From positions 1 to 36,596 of the forward strand of contig JABMPP010000039.1 of the NCBI GenBank assembly GCA_013202955.1: a stretch of 36,596 nt of DNA. The letters run 5' to 3'. This DNA is from Candidatus Woesearchaeota archaeon. GTDB taxonomy: Archaea > Nanobdellota > Nanobdellia > Woesearchaeales > JABMPP01. The notes beneath the pieces are model-generated. The model made no database searches. It saw only the letters and a list, made by a program, of their open reading frames with translations, and was not told the DNA's origin. The translations under genes and the position numbers were made by a program. Shown in pieces: positions 1 through 10,185 of this stretch (the stretch's first letter is position 1; every line of letters starts with the position of its first letter).

Positions 1-1
1 C

Positions 2-832
2 ATCCCTCATACGGTTATCAGGGTAAACACCTTAAAGATATCGGTTGAAGAGTGTAAAAAAAGATTAGAAGCACTAAACTGGATACTAAAACAGATTCCA
101 TGGTGCAAAGAAGGATTCTGGATTGAGGGAGAAAGAAGGGATGTAGGAAACTTAAAAGAACATTTATTGGGTTATATCTATATACAGGAAGCAGCAAGCA
201 TGATTCCTCCTGTTGTTTTGGTTCCTAAGCCAGGAGACAAAGTGTTAGATATGTGCGCTGCACCAGGCTCTAAAACAACCCAGTTAGCTCAATATATGAA
301 AAATAAAGGTGTTTTGGTGTGCAATGACTACAAAGGCATGAGAATAAAGCCTTTAGGCATAAATATACAGAAATCAGGCATAACAAACAACATAATCACT
401 CTAATGCACGGCCAGTGGTTCAAAGATCATGAATTTGATAAAATACTAGTTGATGCTCCATGCTCAGGCACAGGAACAATAAGAAAATCACTAAAAACAC
501 TGAGAATATGGAATCCTATTATGATAAAAAGATTAGCAGGAACTCAAAAGCAGCTAATAGAAAAAGCATTCAATAACCTGAAAAAAGGTGGAATGTTAGT
601 TTACTCAACATGCACAATGGAGCCAGAGGAGGATGAAGGGATTATTTCCCATTTATTGAACAAATATAAAGATGCAGAAATACAAGATATAAAATTAAAC
701 ATTAAATCAAGCAAACCAATAACAGAGTTTAACAAAGAAAAATACAACAAAGAAGTAAAGAAATGCCTGAGAGTGTGGCCACAAGACAATGATACAGAGG
801 GATTCTTTGTGGCAAAGATAAAGAAGATGTAA
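2..832 (+). CDS. NOL1/NOP2/Sun-family RNA m5C methyltransferase (5'-truncated by window edge)
   Basis: Motifs QEAASM, LDMCAAPGSKTTQ, ILVDAPCSGTG, VYSTCT, GFFVA; frame is open back to base 2 (IPHTVIRVNTLK...). Confidence 0.93.
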   Translation: MPHTVIRVNTLKISVEECKKRLEALNWILKQIPWCKEGFWIEGERRDVGNLKEHLLGYIYIQEAASMIPPVVLVPKPGDKVLDMCAAPGSKTTQLAQYMKNKGVLVCNDYKGMRIKPLGINIQKSGITNNIITLMHGQWFKDHEFDKILVDAPCSGTGTIRKSLKTLRIWNPIMIKRLAGTQKQLIEKAFNNLKKGGMLVYSTCTMEPEEDEGIISHLLNKYKDAEIQDIKLNIKSSKPITEFNKEKYNKEVKKCLRVWPQDNDTEGFFVAKIKKM

Positions 833-833
833 A

Positions 834-1436
834 ATGATAAAAGCTGTTATTTTTGATTGGGGAGGAGTTGTGATAGACTCTCCTGCAGAAGCACTATTCC
901 AATATTGTGCGGATCACCTCAATGCTCCAAAGAAAGAATTCAAAAAAACATATATGAAATATGAACCAGATATCTTTAGAGGGGTTCTTTCTGAAAAACA
1001 GACCTGGGAAAAAATTTGCCAAGAGCTGGGTGTTAAAGAGCCAACTGTTGGGTCACTTTGGTATGATGCTGTTAAAAACGCTGTCAAAGAGAAAAAAGAG
1101 GTTACTCTGCTTATCAACAATCTTAAAAAAAGCGGTTACAAAGTTGGGTTTTTGTCAAACACAGAGATTCCGGCTACGAGATTTTTCAAGAAGCAGGATT
1201 ACCCTGTTTTTGACGCTTATGTATTCTCATGCTTTGAGGGCATAATAAAGCCGGAGAGAAAGATATATGAGCTGGCTTTAAACAGGCTTGGGGTTAAGCC
1301 AGAAGAATCGATATTTATCGATGACAGGGAAGAGAATGTTGAGGGAGCAAAAAGAGTTGGAATGCATGCAATAGTTTTCAAGGATATTGAACAGCTAAAA
1401 AAAGAGTTGGAATCTTTTTCAGTGAAGACAGAATGA
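834..1436 (+). CDS. HAD-superfamily hydrolase (YihX-like, subfamily IA)
   Basis: IFDWGGV, LSNT, KPE, FIDDREENV motifs. Confidence 0.88.
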   Translation: MIKAVIFDWGGVVIDSPAEALFQYCADHLNAPKKEFKKTYMKYEPDIFRGVLSEKQTWEKICQELGVKEPTVGSLWYDAVKNAVKEKKEVTLLINNLKKSGYKVGFLSNTEIPATRFFKKQDYPVFDAYVFSCFEGIIKPERKIYELALNRLGVKPEESIFIDDREENVEGAKRVGMHAIVFKDIEQLKKELESFSVKTE

Positions 1437-2035
1437 TAAAAGCAATTATTTTTGACTATGGAGGTGTATTATCAGTCAATGCAAACCTTCGTTTGTTTGG
1501 TGAGAATTATGCACTTAAATTTGGGGCAAATCCTGAAAAGTTCAATAAATTAATGATTAATAATTGGTTTCAGGCAAGAGTGAATAAGATTGATTCAGAA
1601 TTATTCTGGAAAAATCTATCTGATTTCTTAAAAATAGAAAAAGAGGTTCTCAGAAAGGATTTTATGGATTTTTTTGGATTCAGATATGATGTTTTAGAGC
1701 TAATCAAAAAACTAAAAAAGAATTACAAGTTGGGTTTATTGTCCAATCAGATAGAAGATTGGTTAGAGGAAGTTATTGAAGAACATAAACTGGATGAAGT
1801 CTTTAATGTGATTGTAACATCATATGAAAGCAAACTGGCAAAACCAGATATTGCTATTTTCAAAGAAACAGTTAAGAGATTAGGTGTAAAACCTGCGGAA
1901 TGTGTTTATGTGGATGACTTAGAGACAAATATTCCCCCCGCAAAAAAAGTAGGAATGAAAACAATTTTATTCAGGGATTTTGAACAGCTAAAAAAAGAGC
2001 TGGAGCCCTTTGTTGATATAAAGAATGGAAGGTAA
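1433..2035 (+). CDS. HAD-superfamily hydrolase (YihX-like), tandem paralog
   Basis: IFDYGGV, LSNQ, KPD, YVDDLETN motifs; ATGA overlap with previous gene. Confidence 0.88.
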   Translation: MIKAIIFDYGGVLSVNANLRLFGENYALKFGANPEKFNKLMINNWFQARVNKIDSELFWKNLSDFLKIEKEVLRKDFMDFFGFRYDVLELIKKLKKNYKLGLLSNQIEDWLEEVIEEHKLDEVFNVIVTSYESKLAKPDIAIFKETVKRLGVKPAECVYVDDLETNIPPAKKVGMKTILFRDFEQLKKELEPFVDIKNGR

Positions 2036-2038
2036 AAA

Positions 2039-2422
2039 ATGACAGAATTATTCTTATACAAGCCTGTAGACAAATTATATCATTCAGTAATGGACCATAT
2101 GCCTGAACCTATACAAAGAAAAGAAAAAACATCTGCTTTTTTACTTGGCGGAGCAGGAATAACAGCAGTTGTTAAAGGCCTACAAAAGCTTGCTGAAACA
2201 AATCTAATAAACTTTGTAATGACTGATTTTAATGAAAAATATCTGCCTGTATTGGAAGGAATGTGCATAGCAGGAATTACTGGAGTTCCTCTGTGGTATA
2301 TGACAACACACCCAACAGAATTTAAGAGGATATTAAGAGACCACCCTGTTTATTCTGCAGGAATGATTGGTGTTTATGTTGGAAGTGTAGGAACAGCTTT
2401 GGTTGATTTGATTAATGGATAA
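2039..2422 (+). CDS. Hypothetical membrane protein
   Basis: 127 aa ORF, Gly-rich hydrophobic segments, 3 nt after upstream stop. Confidence 0.6.
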   Translation: MTELFLYKPVDKLYHSVMDHMPEPIQRKEKTSAFLLGGAGITAVVKGLQKLAETNLINFVMTDFNEKYLPVLEGMCIAGITGVPLWYMTTHPTEFKRILRDHPVYSAGMIGVYVGSVGTALVDLING

Positions 2423-2498
2423 AATCCGAAACCTTTATATACTGGTTTTCTTTCCTTTGTGTTAATTAATTCTTAGATATAATTCTAAGTGACTTTAA

Positions 2499-3140
2499 AT
2501 GGAAACAAAAGATATTGTAAAAAAAGGCACAACAACAGTAGGTATTGTGTGCAGTGATGGTATTATTCTAGCTGCTGATAAAAGAGCAACTGCAGGAAAC
2601 TATATAGTGACAAAGCAGGTTAAGAAGATATACCAGATAGCTGATAATGCTTCTGTTACAATGGCCGGAACTGTGTCAGATGCACAGTTAATGGTAAAGC
2701 TAATCAAGGCAGAGACAGCTCTTAAAAAGATGAGAACAGGAAGACAACCATTGATAAAAGAGGTTGCGAATCTTCTTGGAACCTTAGTATACTCAAACAT
2801 AAGAAAAATGTCAATGATACCAGGCATTTCCCATTTTGTTATGGGTGGTTTTGACGAAACAGGATATCATCTTTATGATATATTCGCTGACGGCTCTGTA
2901 ACACTATGTGATGATTTTATATCTTCAGGATCTGGAAGTGTTATGGCATATGGTGTTCTGGAAACATTGTATAAGAAAGGTATTTCAGTTGAAGAAGGAG
3001 CAAAGCTTGCAGTTAAGTGTATAAATGCTGCACTGCAAAGGGATTCTGCTTCTGGCGGCGGTATGGATGTTGTGGCAATCACAAAAGGCGGAATTAAAAC
3101 TGTTCTAGACAAGGAATTAAATCAAAAAATAGAATTTTAA
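2499..3140 (+). CDS. psmB: Proteasome subunit beta
   Basis: Propeptide then KG|TTTVG, AADKRAT, SGSGS, RDSASGG; adjacent to aCPSF1 as is typical in archaea. Confidence 0.96.
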   Translation: METKDIVKKGTTTVGIVCSDGIILAADKRATAGNYIVTKQVKKIYQIADNASVTMAGTVSDAQLMVKLIKAETALKKMRTGRQPLIKEVANLLGTLVYSNIRKMSMIPGISHFVMGGFDETGYHLYDIFADGSVTLCDDFISSGSGSVMAYGVLETLYKKGISVEEGAKLAVKCINAALQRDSASGGGMDVVAITKGGIKTVLDKELNQKIEF

Positions 3141-3188
3141 ATTTCCCAAAATGGAAATAAAAATGTATTCTTAAAATAAGGTGTAATT

Positions 3189-5081
3189 ATGGGTGAAATA
3201 CTAAAGGAAGTTTTAAAATACCTTCCTAAAGATATAATAAGTGAAGCTACTTTTGAAGGTTCTAATATAGTGCTATATACAAAAGATAAGGATTTTTTTC
3301 TAGATAATAATGGTTCAATAAAACAAATAGTTGATGATATAAAGAAAAGAGTCGAACTAAGACCAGATCCTGTTATATGCATGGAGCTGGAAAAAGCAGA
3401 GAAAAAGATAAAATCAATACTTCCTGCTGAAGCAGGAGCAGATAATATTATATTTGATCCACAAAGGTCAATGGTTATTATTGAGGCTGAAAAGCCAGGA
3501 TTAGCAATAGGAAAGCAGGGAAGCATATTAAGAGAAATAAGAGCTGAAACATTATGGGTTCCGTTGATTAGAAGAACACCTGCAATAAGATCAAAATTAA
3601 TAGAAAACATAAGGGAAGTTCTTTATCAAAATAATGATTATAGGAAAAAGTTTCTGAAAAGTGTTGGACATAGAATATATGATGGCTGGAAAAGAGGAAA
3701 AAAGAATGAATGGGTGAGGTTAAGCTTTTTAGGAGGTGCAAGAGAAGTAGGAAGATCATGTATTTTACTACAAACCCCAGAATCAAGAGTGCTTCTTGAC
3801 TGTGGAATTAATGTTGCTTCTGAAAGAGATGCGTATCCTTTTTTGGATGCTCCTGAATTCAAGATAGAAGAATTAGATGCTGTTATTATTTCACACGCAC
3901 ATCTGGATCACTCAGGATTTGTGCCTTATTTATATAAATTTGGCTATAAAGGGCCTGTTTACTGCACAGAACCAACAAGAGACGTATCAGCTCTGTTACA
4001 GCTAGACCTTGTAAAAATACAAAGAGGAGAGGGAAAAGAGCCAATATTCACATCTGAGGAGATTAGGGAGTTTGTAAAACACTCAATAACTCTGGAATAT
4101 AATGAAGTTAGTGATATAACTCCTGATATTAGAATAACATTGTATAATGCAGGCCATATACTTGGTTCATCCATGGTTCATATGCATATTGGGAATGGTT
4201 TGCACAATTTCCTTTATTCAGCTGATATGAAATTCGGCAGAACACAACTTTTAGAGCCTGCTATAACTGATTTTCCAAGACTTGAAACATTAATGATTGA
4301 ATCCACATATGGTGGAAGAGATAATGTTCTGCCTTCAAGGGTGGAATGCGAAAAAGAGATGGCTGAAATACTTAAAAAAACAATAAAAGATAAAGGAAAA
4401 ATATTGATTCCCGTGTTGGGAGTTGGAAGAGCACAAGAAGTGATGCTTGTTGTTGAAAATCTTATAAGAACAGGTAAGGTTGATAATATTCCTGTTTATA
4501 TTGATGGTATGGTGTGGGATGTTACTGCAATACACACAGCATATCCTGAATTCCTTAATAATTTTGTAAGGAATCAAATATTTCATAAAGATAGTAATCC
4601 CTTTATGTCAGACATATTTAAGAGAGTAGGAAGCCCCAAGGAAAGAAAAGAGGTTATAGAAAATACAGGTGCATGTATTATTTTAGCAACATCAGGAATG
4701 CTTATGGGTGGACCTTCTGTTGAGTATCTAAAATCATTGTCTTCTGGCAAAAAACATTCATTGATATTTGTTTCATATCAAGGAGAGGGCTCTTTGGGAA
4801 GAAGAATCCAAAGAGGAGAAAGGGAGATTTCTTTTGGTGTTGGACATAAGCAGGAAGTGATGAAAATAAATATGGATATACATACAATAGAAGGATTTTC
4901 AGGACATTCTGATAGAAAAGAATTAATGAGCTTTGTCTATAAATGCAGTCCAAAGCCAAAAAAAGTTATTATAAACCACGGTGAGAATTCAAGATGTTTA
5001 GATTTAGCTTCTTCTATTCATAAAACAAACAGAATAGAAACAAACGCACCAAGAGTGTTAGAAGCATTAAGACTTAGATAG
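3189..5081 (+). CDS. fttA: Beta-CASP ribonuclease aCPSF1 / transcription termination factor FttA
   Basis: N-terminal KH domains (PGLAIGKQG), LGGAREVGRS, HAHLDH, AGHILGS, GFSGHSD, NHGE. Confidence 0.95.
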   Translation: MGEILKEVLKYLPKDIISEATFEGSNIVLYTKDKDFFLDNNGSIKQIVDDIKKRVELRPDPVICMELEKAEKKIKSILPAEAGADNIIFDPQRSMVIIEAEKPGLAIGKQGSILREIRAETLWVPLIRRTPAIRSKLIENIREVLYQNNDYRKKFLKSVGHRIYDGWKRGKKNEWVRLSFLGGAREVGRSCILLQTPESRVLLDCGINVASERDAYPFLDAPEFKIEELDAVIISHAHLDHSGFVPYLYKFGYKGPVYCTEPTRDVSALLQLDLVKIQRGEGKEPIFTSEEIREFVKHSITLEYNEVSDITPDIRITLYNAGHILGSSMVHMHIGNGLHNFLYSADMKFGRTQLLEPAITDFPRLETLMIESTYGGRDNVLPSRVECEKEMAEILKKTIKDKGKILIPVLGVGRAQEVMLVVENLIRTGKVDNIPVYIDGMVWDVTAIHTAYPEFLNNFVRNQIFHKDSNPFMSDIFKRVGSPKERKEVIENTGACIILATSGMLMGGPSVEYLKSLSSGKKHSLIFVSYQGEGSLGRRIQRGEREISFGVGHKQEVMKINMDIHTIEGFSGHSDRKELMSFVYKCSPKPKKVIINHGENSRCLDLASSIHKTNRIETNAPRVLEALRLR

Positions 5082-5125
5082 ATTTCTTTGGATAATTATT
5101 ATCAAAAAAAAGTTTTAAAAAGAAT

Positions 5126-5326
5126 CTAGGCCTCAATGACATGTTCAGTTAGTTTGTTCTGAAGCTCATTATACTCTTTTTTCATGCTTTCAAGCTCCAT
5201 CTTCTTATAGGGGTTGATTTGTTTATGCTGGTCGTCCCATTCTAGAACCTTTAATCGGTCTCTCATTTGGGTCATTCTTTCCTTTATTTGTTCCAATGTT
5301 TCTTTTTGTTCATCCATTTTTATCAT
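5126..5326 (-). CDS. Small coiled-coil hypothetical protein
   Basis: 66 aa charged helical ORF with upstream TATA-like element. Confidence 0.55.
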   Translation of the reverse strand: MIKMDEQKETLEQIKERMTQMRDRLKVLEWDDQHKQINPYKKMELESMKKEYNELQNKLTEHVIEA

Positions 5327-5646
5327 CCCCTTGAAATTTAGAAACTCAAGATCTTATATAAAGATTATGCTTAATTTTGTTTTTCTACGTAGATAGTGAC
5401 AAATCATTAAAATAAAATACATAAATCTATACAAATCTATACTTTTTTAGACGGGGAAAATATAACGAATTTTTTTGATGTATATACCAGAGAATAGAAA
5501 AATATATAAAGGGTAAATCCCAGAATATAACTACGCGGATATTAATCCCAAAAGTGCCATAAGGGGAAATCGGAAATCATAGGAGGCGTACGAAAACGGG
5601 GGTGGACTGTCATATGAAAGATAGCTCCATCTATGAATTGGTGACA

Positions 5647-6150
5647 ATGAAAATCACAAACAAGAAGATATTTGAGGTTGTAGGCGAAATAGTTGGTGAA
5701 GACGCTGTTCAAGTAGTCGAATATCTAAAAGGAAAAAAGAATATTTCTGAGTTTAAAATAGCTGAGCAGATAAATTCTGAGATTCATGAGATAAGGAATA
5801 TCCTATACAGGCTTCATAATCAACATCTTGTTACATATAAAAGGAAAAAAGACAGGCAGAAAGGCTGGTATATCAGCTACTGGACATTTAACAAGAAAAG
5901 AATAAAAGAGCTTGTAGCTTCTCTAAAAAAGCAGAAATTAGAGAAATACAGAGAAAGATTGGATAAAGAAGTGGAAAACAAAGATGCTTTCTTCATGTGC
6001 AAGAATGCATGCACAAGAATGGATTTTGACCAGGCAACAGATTTTGACTTTAAATGTCCAGAATGTGGCTCATTACTTGACCATCAAGACAACACAAGAA
6101 CAATCGAATTCTTACAAGAGAAAATAAAGGAATTAGAAATTACTAGCTAA
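5647..6150 (+). CDS. tfe: Transcription factor E alpha
   Basis: Winged helix (IRNILYRL...KGWYISYW) and Zn ribbon (CKNAC...CPECG); start placed at ATG 5647 after GGTGA. Confidence 0.92.
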   Translation: MKITNKKIFEVVGEIVGEDAVQVVEYLKGKKNISEFKIAEQINSEIHEIRNILYRLHNQHLVTYKRKKDRQKGWYISYWTFNKKRIKELVASLKKQKLEKYRERLDKEVENKDAFFMCKNACTRMDFDQATDFDFKCPECGSLLDHQDNTRTIEFLQEKIKELEITS

Positions 6151-7534
6151 ATTGATTATTGATTACAAATGGTTGGTAGAATTCTTTAATTATTTCACCA
6201 AAATCATGATATTTTGGTTTTCCATCTTTACCTAATAACATTCTTAAATCTCTCATTAAAACAGGATTCTCATTTATTTTTGAATGCTCTAGGTCAGTAA
6301 GAGCTTCTAAAAACTCATCCTCATGTCTAAAATGTACTGTTGGTTGAATACCAAATACATCTCCTGCCATGTCTTCTTTAGTTGGGTGTATTAAAATAAC
6401 TGGTTTTCCCATCATTAATGCGTATCTCATTTCTGTTTCTGTTCCAATACTTCTACCATCTTTTACTGTTTTGATAATCTCTTTTCCTGATTCAGTTTCA
6501 TTTTCTTCTATGTCAATGGTTCTTCTATTGCTTGGATAAAATGCTATTATAAGATCACTATAAGGAACAAAATAATTTAGGTCACGGTGTGTTGTGTGGG
6601 CTTTTCCCTTATCATCATATGTTGTGTCAGCTAAAACAATAGGATTTACAATTAAACCATATTCTTGTAATTTTCTTGAAAATTCATTAATTCTTTTTTC
6701 TTCATCTAATTTTTCCTTTACAATTTCACCTTTTTCACCATCCTTAACTTTTACACTAGTGATAGGACCTGCAGCATAAACAACAACTGATCTTTTACCA
6801 TTATCTTTATAATCATATAAAAGTTTTAAGAGACTGATAACAGCATTTTGTTTAGGCATTACAATGTGATTTACGTAATGGCTAGTTGGATCTTGTTTTA
6901 AAAATTCTCGTATTTGGCTATAAAGTTCTGGTACATATTCCTCAAGAACTGGTTGTGGTATTTTTATAATTTGACTATAAAGTGCTTGCTTTCTTTTATT
7001 AAAATCTGTAAGTGACATTGCATGAGATTTTGCTATCTCTGTATCAAGAGCTATCCAATCCAATAATTCTCCTATTTTATGAGAATATGGTGTGTGTTTA
7101 AGCTTCTCAGCTACTATTTCAGGTGCATTTATAACACTAACAATAGTATCAATGCTTCTAATATCATCTATAGATGTGAATTCTGATGGAAGCCTAACAA
7201 TATTTGGAATTGGTTGTTCTCCTGCAAAAATAGTTAATGGTGTGTCTATAATTATTGATTCATTTTGATGTTGCAGCATATGATTTTTTGCTTTTTCAAT
7301 TGTGGCATTACGATTCATTTGTTTAAGTAAATAATCAATCTTAGGAATATGTCTTTTTTTTGTATACATAACTTCTCTTGGTGTTTCCTCAAAAAGATCT
7401 CCAAGAGAGATAATATGAACATCCCCATTAAATTCTTGTTTAAAATATTTTTGTACCTGTTGAAGTAGCTCTGTTTTACCCATTCCTGGAATAGAATCAA
7501 CAATTATGTTTGCCTTTCTTTTTGTCTTTGCCAC
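6143..7534 (-). CDS. Archaeal adenylate-kinase-like P-loop domain fused to a nucleoside 2-deoxyribosyltransferase-like domain
   Basis: N-term SIPGMGKT, SLGD, IIIDTP; C-term VYAAGPI...HRD...SDLIIAF...SIGTETEMRYA...GKPV. Confidence 0.65.
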   Translation of the reverse strand: MAKTKRKANIIVDSIPGMGKTELLQQVQKYFKQEFNGDVHIISLGDLFEETPREVMYTKKRHIPKIDYLLKQMNRNATIEKAKNHMLQHQNESIIIDTPLTIFAGEQPIPNIVRLPSEFTSIDDIRSIDTIVSVINAPEIVAEKLKHTPYSHKIGELLDWIALDTEIAKSHAMSLTDFNKRKQALYSQIIKIPQPVLEEYVPELYSQIREFLKQDPTSHYVNHIVMPKQNAVISLLKLLYDYKDNGKRSVVVYAAGPITSVKVKDGEKGEIVKEKLDEEKRINEFSRKLQEYGLIVNPIVLADTTYDDKGKAHTTHRDLNYFVPYSDLIIAFYPSNRRTIDIEENETESGKEIIKTVKDGRSIGTETEMRYALMMGKPVILIHPTKEDMAGDVFGIQPTVHFRHEDEFLEALTDLEHSKINENPVLMRDLRMLLGKDGKPKYHDFGEIIKEFYQPFVINNQFS

Positions 7535-7572
7535 TTTATAGTTAAGAATTAATTATTATTTATAAAGCTTAC

Positions 7573-8229
7573 CTAACTTATATGTTTCAATATTTCTCTC
7601 ATATCTTTTTTCTCAATAACTATATCACTTACTTTGGCTAATTCATCTGAAGTACAGTTAAAAGCAATAGATAATCCAGAATTTTTTGCTATTTCAACAT
7701 CATTATGGCTGTCACCAACAAAAACACACTCTTTTAGATCAATCCCCTCTTTTTCAGCAATTTGCTTTAATGCTGTAAATTTATGTTCATAATCATAATT
7801 AGTTGTTTCTATTCCTGTTATCTCTCCATTTTCATCAAACAGAATTTCATTAAAGAAGTAATAATCAAACAATTCTTTATAATCTGGATAAACATAATTT
7901 ATTACTGTTTTATCTGTTCCTGAAATGACTGCTATCTTAAAACCATTCTTCTTTAAAGTTTCAATAAGCTTTCTTGCACCCTTCATCTCTTTAAAGTCCT
8001 TAATTGCCTCAAGAATCACTTTTTTATTGGCTCCTTTTTCCTTCCAAAGTTTGATATCATTTTCAGCCCATTCATGATAAGAAACCTCTCCTCTGTAATA
8101 CTTATCATAACAAGCTATTCTTCTTTTATCATCCATTAGATCTAAATGTTCATGAAGTCTAATCCATATGGACCCAATCTCATCAACTATTGTGCCATCC
8201 ACATCAAAAACAATAAGTTTATGTTTCAT
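7573..8229 (-). CDS. HAD phosphatase, phosphoserine phosphatase (SerB)-like
   Basis: FDVDGT, VISG, K, VGDSHND motifs. Confidence 0.85.
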   Translation of the reverse strand: MKHKLIVFDVDGTIVDEIGSIWIRLHEHLDLMDDKRRIACYDKYYRGEVSYHEWAENDIKLWKEKGANKKVILEAIKDFKEMKGARKLIETLKKNGFKIAVISGTDKTVINYVYPDYKELFDYYFFNEILFDENGEITGIETTNYDYEHKFTALKQIAEKEGIDLKECVFVGDSHNDVEIAKNSGLSIAFNCTSDELAKVSDIVIEKKDMREILKHIS

Positions 8230-8274
8230 ACAGCATTGATAAAGCTTATATAATAAAAGCTTTTCTTTAATACA

Positions 8275-9153
8275 ATGGAAGATTTAGATAAATGGAGAAA
8301 AGCCGGGAAAATAACTGGTGAAGCTAGAAGATATGGTGCAACCCTAATTAAAAAGAACTCTAAAATAATAGATGTTGTTGAAAAAGTAGAGGAAAAGATA
8401 AAGAATTTAGGTGGAGAATGCGCTTTTCCTGTTAATACCTCTTTAAATGATTGTGCAGCTCATGACACTGCAAGGCCAGAGGATGAGAGAATTTTCACAG
8501 ATGAGGTTGTTAAACTAGACCTAGGAGTGCATGTAGACGGTTGCATAGGCGACACAGCAGTCACTGTTGATCTGTCAGGAAAGCACGAAAAGCTGTTAAA
8601 GGCTTCTGAAGAAGCATTAAAAGCAGCTATTGAAGCAGCAAAACAGTTTAAATCATTAGGAGAAATCGGAAGAGCAATACAGGAAAGCATCTCAAAATAT
8701 GGGTTTGCGCCTGTAAGAAATCTTTCTGGCCATGGATTATCTGAATATAATGTTCATACATCTCCAAGCATACCAAATTATGATACAGGAGATAAAAGAA
8801 TTTTAGAAAAAGAAACAATAATTGCAATAGAACCATTTGCAAGCATGGGCAAAGGTGAGATATATGAATCAGGTGATGCAAATATTTTCTCCCAAGTCGC
8901 AAGAAAAGGGGTTAGAAACCCAATAACAAGAAATATCTTGAAAGAAATCGAGAAATATAAAGGATTACCATTTTCATTAACATGGTTAGTGAAAAAGTTT
9001 ACTTTACCAAAAACAAATTTTGCTTTAAGAGAATTAATGAACCTAGGAATTCTAAAGGGATATCCTCCATTGATTGACAAAGCACATGGAACCATCTCCC
9101 AAAAAGAGCACACATTGTATATTGGTGATGAAGTAGAAGTGTTAACTAAGTGA
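8275..9153 (+). CDS. map: Methionine aminopeptidase type II
   Basis: AAHDT, DLGVHVDG.IGD, GHGL, AIEPF, EHT with type II helical insertion. Confidence 0.95.
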   Translation: MEDLDKWRKAGKITGEARRYGATLIKKNSKIIDVVEKVEEKIKNLGGECAFPVNTSLNDCAAHDTARPEDERIFTDEVVKLDLGVHVDGCIGDTAVTVDLSGKHEKLLKASEEALKAAIEAAKQFKSLGEIGRAIQESISKYGFAPVRNLSGHGLSEYNVHTSPSIPNYDTGDKRILEKETIIAIEPFASMGKGEIYESGDANIFSQVARKGVRNPITRNILKEIEKYKGLPFSLTWLVKKFTLPKTNFALRELMNLGILKGYPPLIDKAHGTISQKEHTLYIGDEVEVLTK

Positions 9154-10143
9154 TTAAAGCATCTTAATTACATCTATTAATCTATTACTATATCCCCATT
9201 CATTGTCATACCAAGAAACTATATCTACAAAATCATTCTGAATCACTCTTGTGAATGCTGAGTCATAGATAGAAGAATGTGGATTGCCGATAATATCAGA
9301 AGAAACCAAATGTCCATCAGAGAACTCTAATATCCCTTTCAGTTCATTTTGAGCAACTGATCTAAACAAATTATCCAACTCCTCTTTAGATGTTCCTTTC
9401 TTTAAATCAACAGAAAAATCAACCAATGAGCCGTCTGCAACAGGCACTCTCATTGCCATTCCATCTAATCTATCTTTTAACTCAGGAATAACCAATGCAA
9501 CTGCTTTTGCAGCTCCTGTTGTTGTTGGCACAATATTTGTTGCAGCTGCTCTTCCTCTTCTTAAATCCTTATGAGACGCATCAACTATTCTCTGGTCTGC
9601 TGTATAAGAATGAACAGTTACCATGAATCCTCTTTGTATTCCAAAATTATCATTTAAAACTTTAGCAATTGGAGCTAAACAATTAGTTGTGCATGATGCA
9701 TTGCTAACAACATGGTCTTTGTCCTTATTATAGCTATGCTCATTAACTCCCATCACAATTGTTTTGACCTCATCTTTTGCAGGAGCAGATATCAACACTT
9801 TTTTTGCACCTGCTTTCAGATGTTTTGAAGCAAGTTCTTTTGTTCTGAAGAATCCAGTGCTCTCAACAACAACATCTATTCCTAAATCCTGCCATGGAAG
9901 TTTTTCAGGGTCTTTTTCAGCAAAAATCTTTAATTCCTTTCCATTAATAATAAGAGAGTTATCTTCTGCTTTTACATCAGCACCTAAAATCCCATGAACA
10001 GAATCATATTTAAGTAAATAAGCCAAGGAAGCAGTGTCTGAAAGATCATTTACAGCAACAAACTCAATATCAGGATCATTGAATCCTGCTCTGAATACTA
10101 ACCTTCCTATTCTTCCAAAACCATTGATAGCAACTCTTACGAT
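9154..10143 (-). CDS. gap: Type I (bacterial-type) glyceraldehyde-3-phosphate dehydrogenase; no canonical in-frame start codon
   Basis: Frame extends beyond the ORF track start (10026) to (I)VRVAINGFGRIGR at 10143; SNASCTTNCL, WYDNEWGYS. Confidence 0.9.
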   Translation of the reverse strand: MVRVAINGFGRIGRLVFRAGFNDPDIEFVAVNDLSDTASLAYLLKYDSVHGILGADVKAEDNSLIINGKELKIFAEKDPEKLPWQDLGIDVVVESTGFFRTKELASKHLKAGAKKVLISAPAKDEVKTIVMGVNEHSYNKDKDHVVSNASCTTNCLAPIAKVLNDNFGIQRGFMVTVHSYTADQRIVDASHKDLRRGRAAATNIVPTTTGAAKAVALVIPELKDRLDGMAMRVPVADGSLVDFSVDLKKGTSKEELDNLFRSVAQNELKGILEFSDGHLVSSDIIGNPHSSIYDSAFTRVIQNDFVDIVSWYDNEWGYSNRLIDVIKML

Positions 10144-10185
10144 TTTTATTACCTCTTTTTTTCCAAATTTCTTACAGTTGATAGC

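Noticed and set aside
5088-5112. GATAAT-T-ATTATC inverted repeat plus A-run between convergent genes
   Set aside because: AT-only and short; possibly a terminator but not distinguishable from chance
9154-10026. gap start at TTG 10026 as given in the ORF track
   Set aside because: Would remove the conserved NAD-binding GFGRIGR motif encoded in frame upstream
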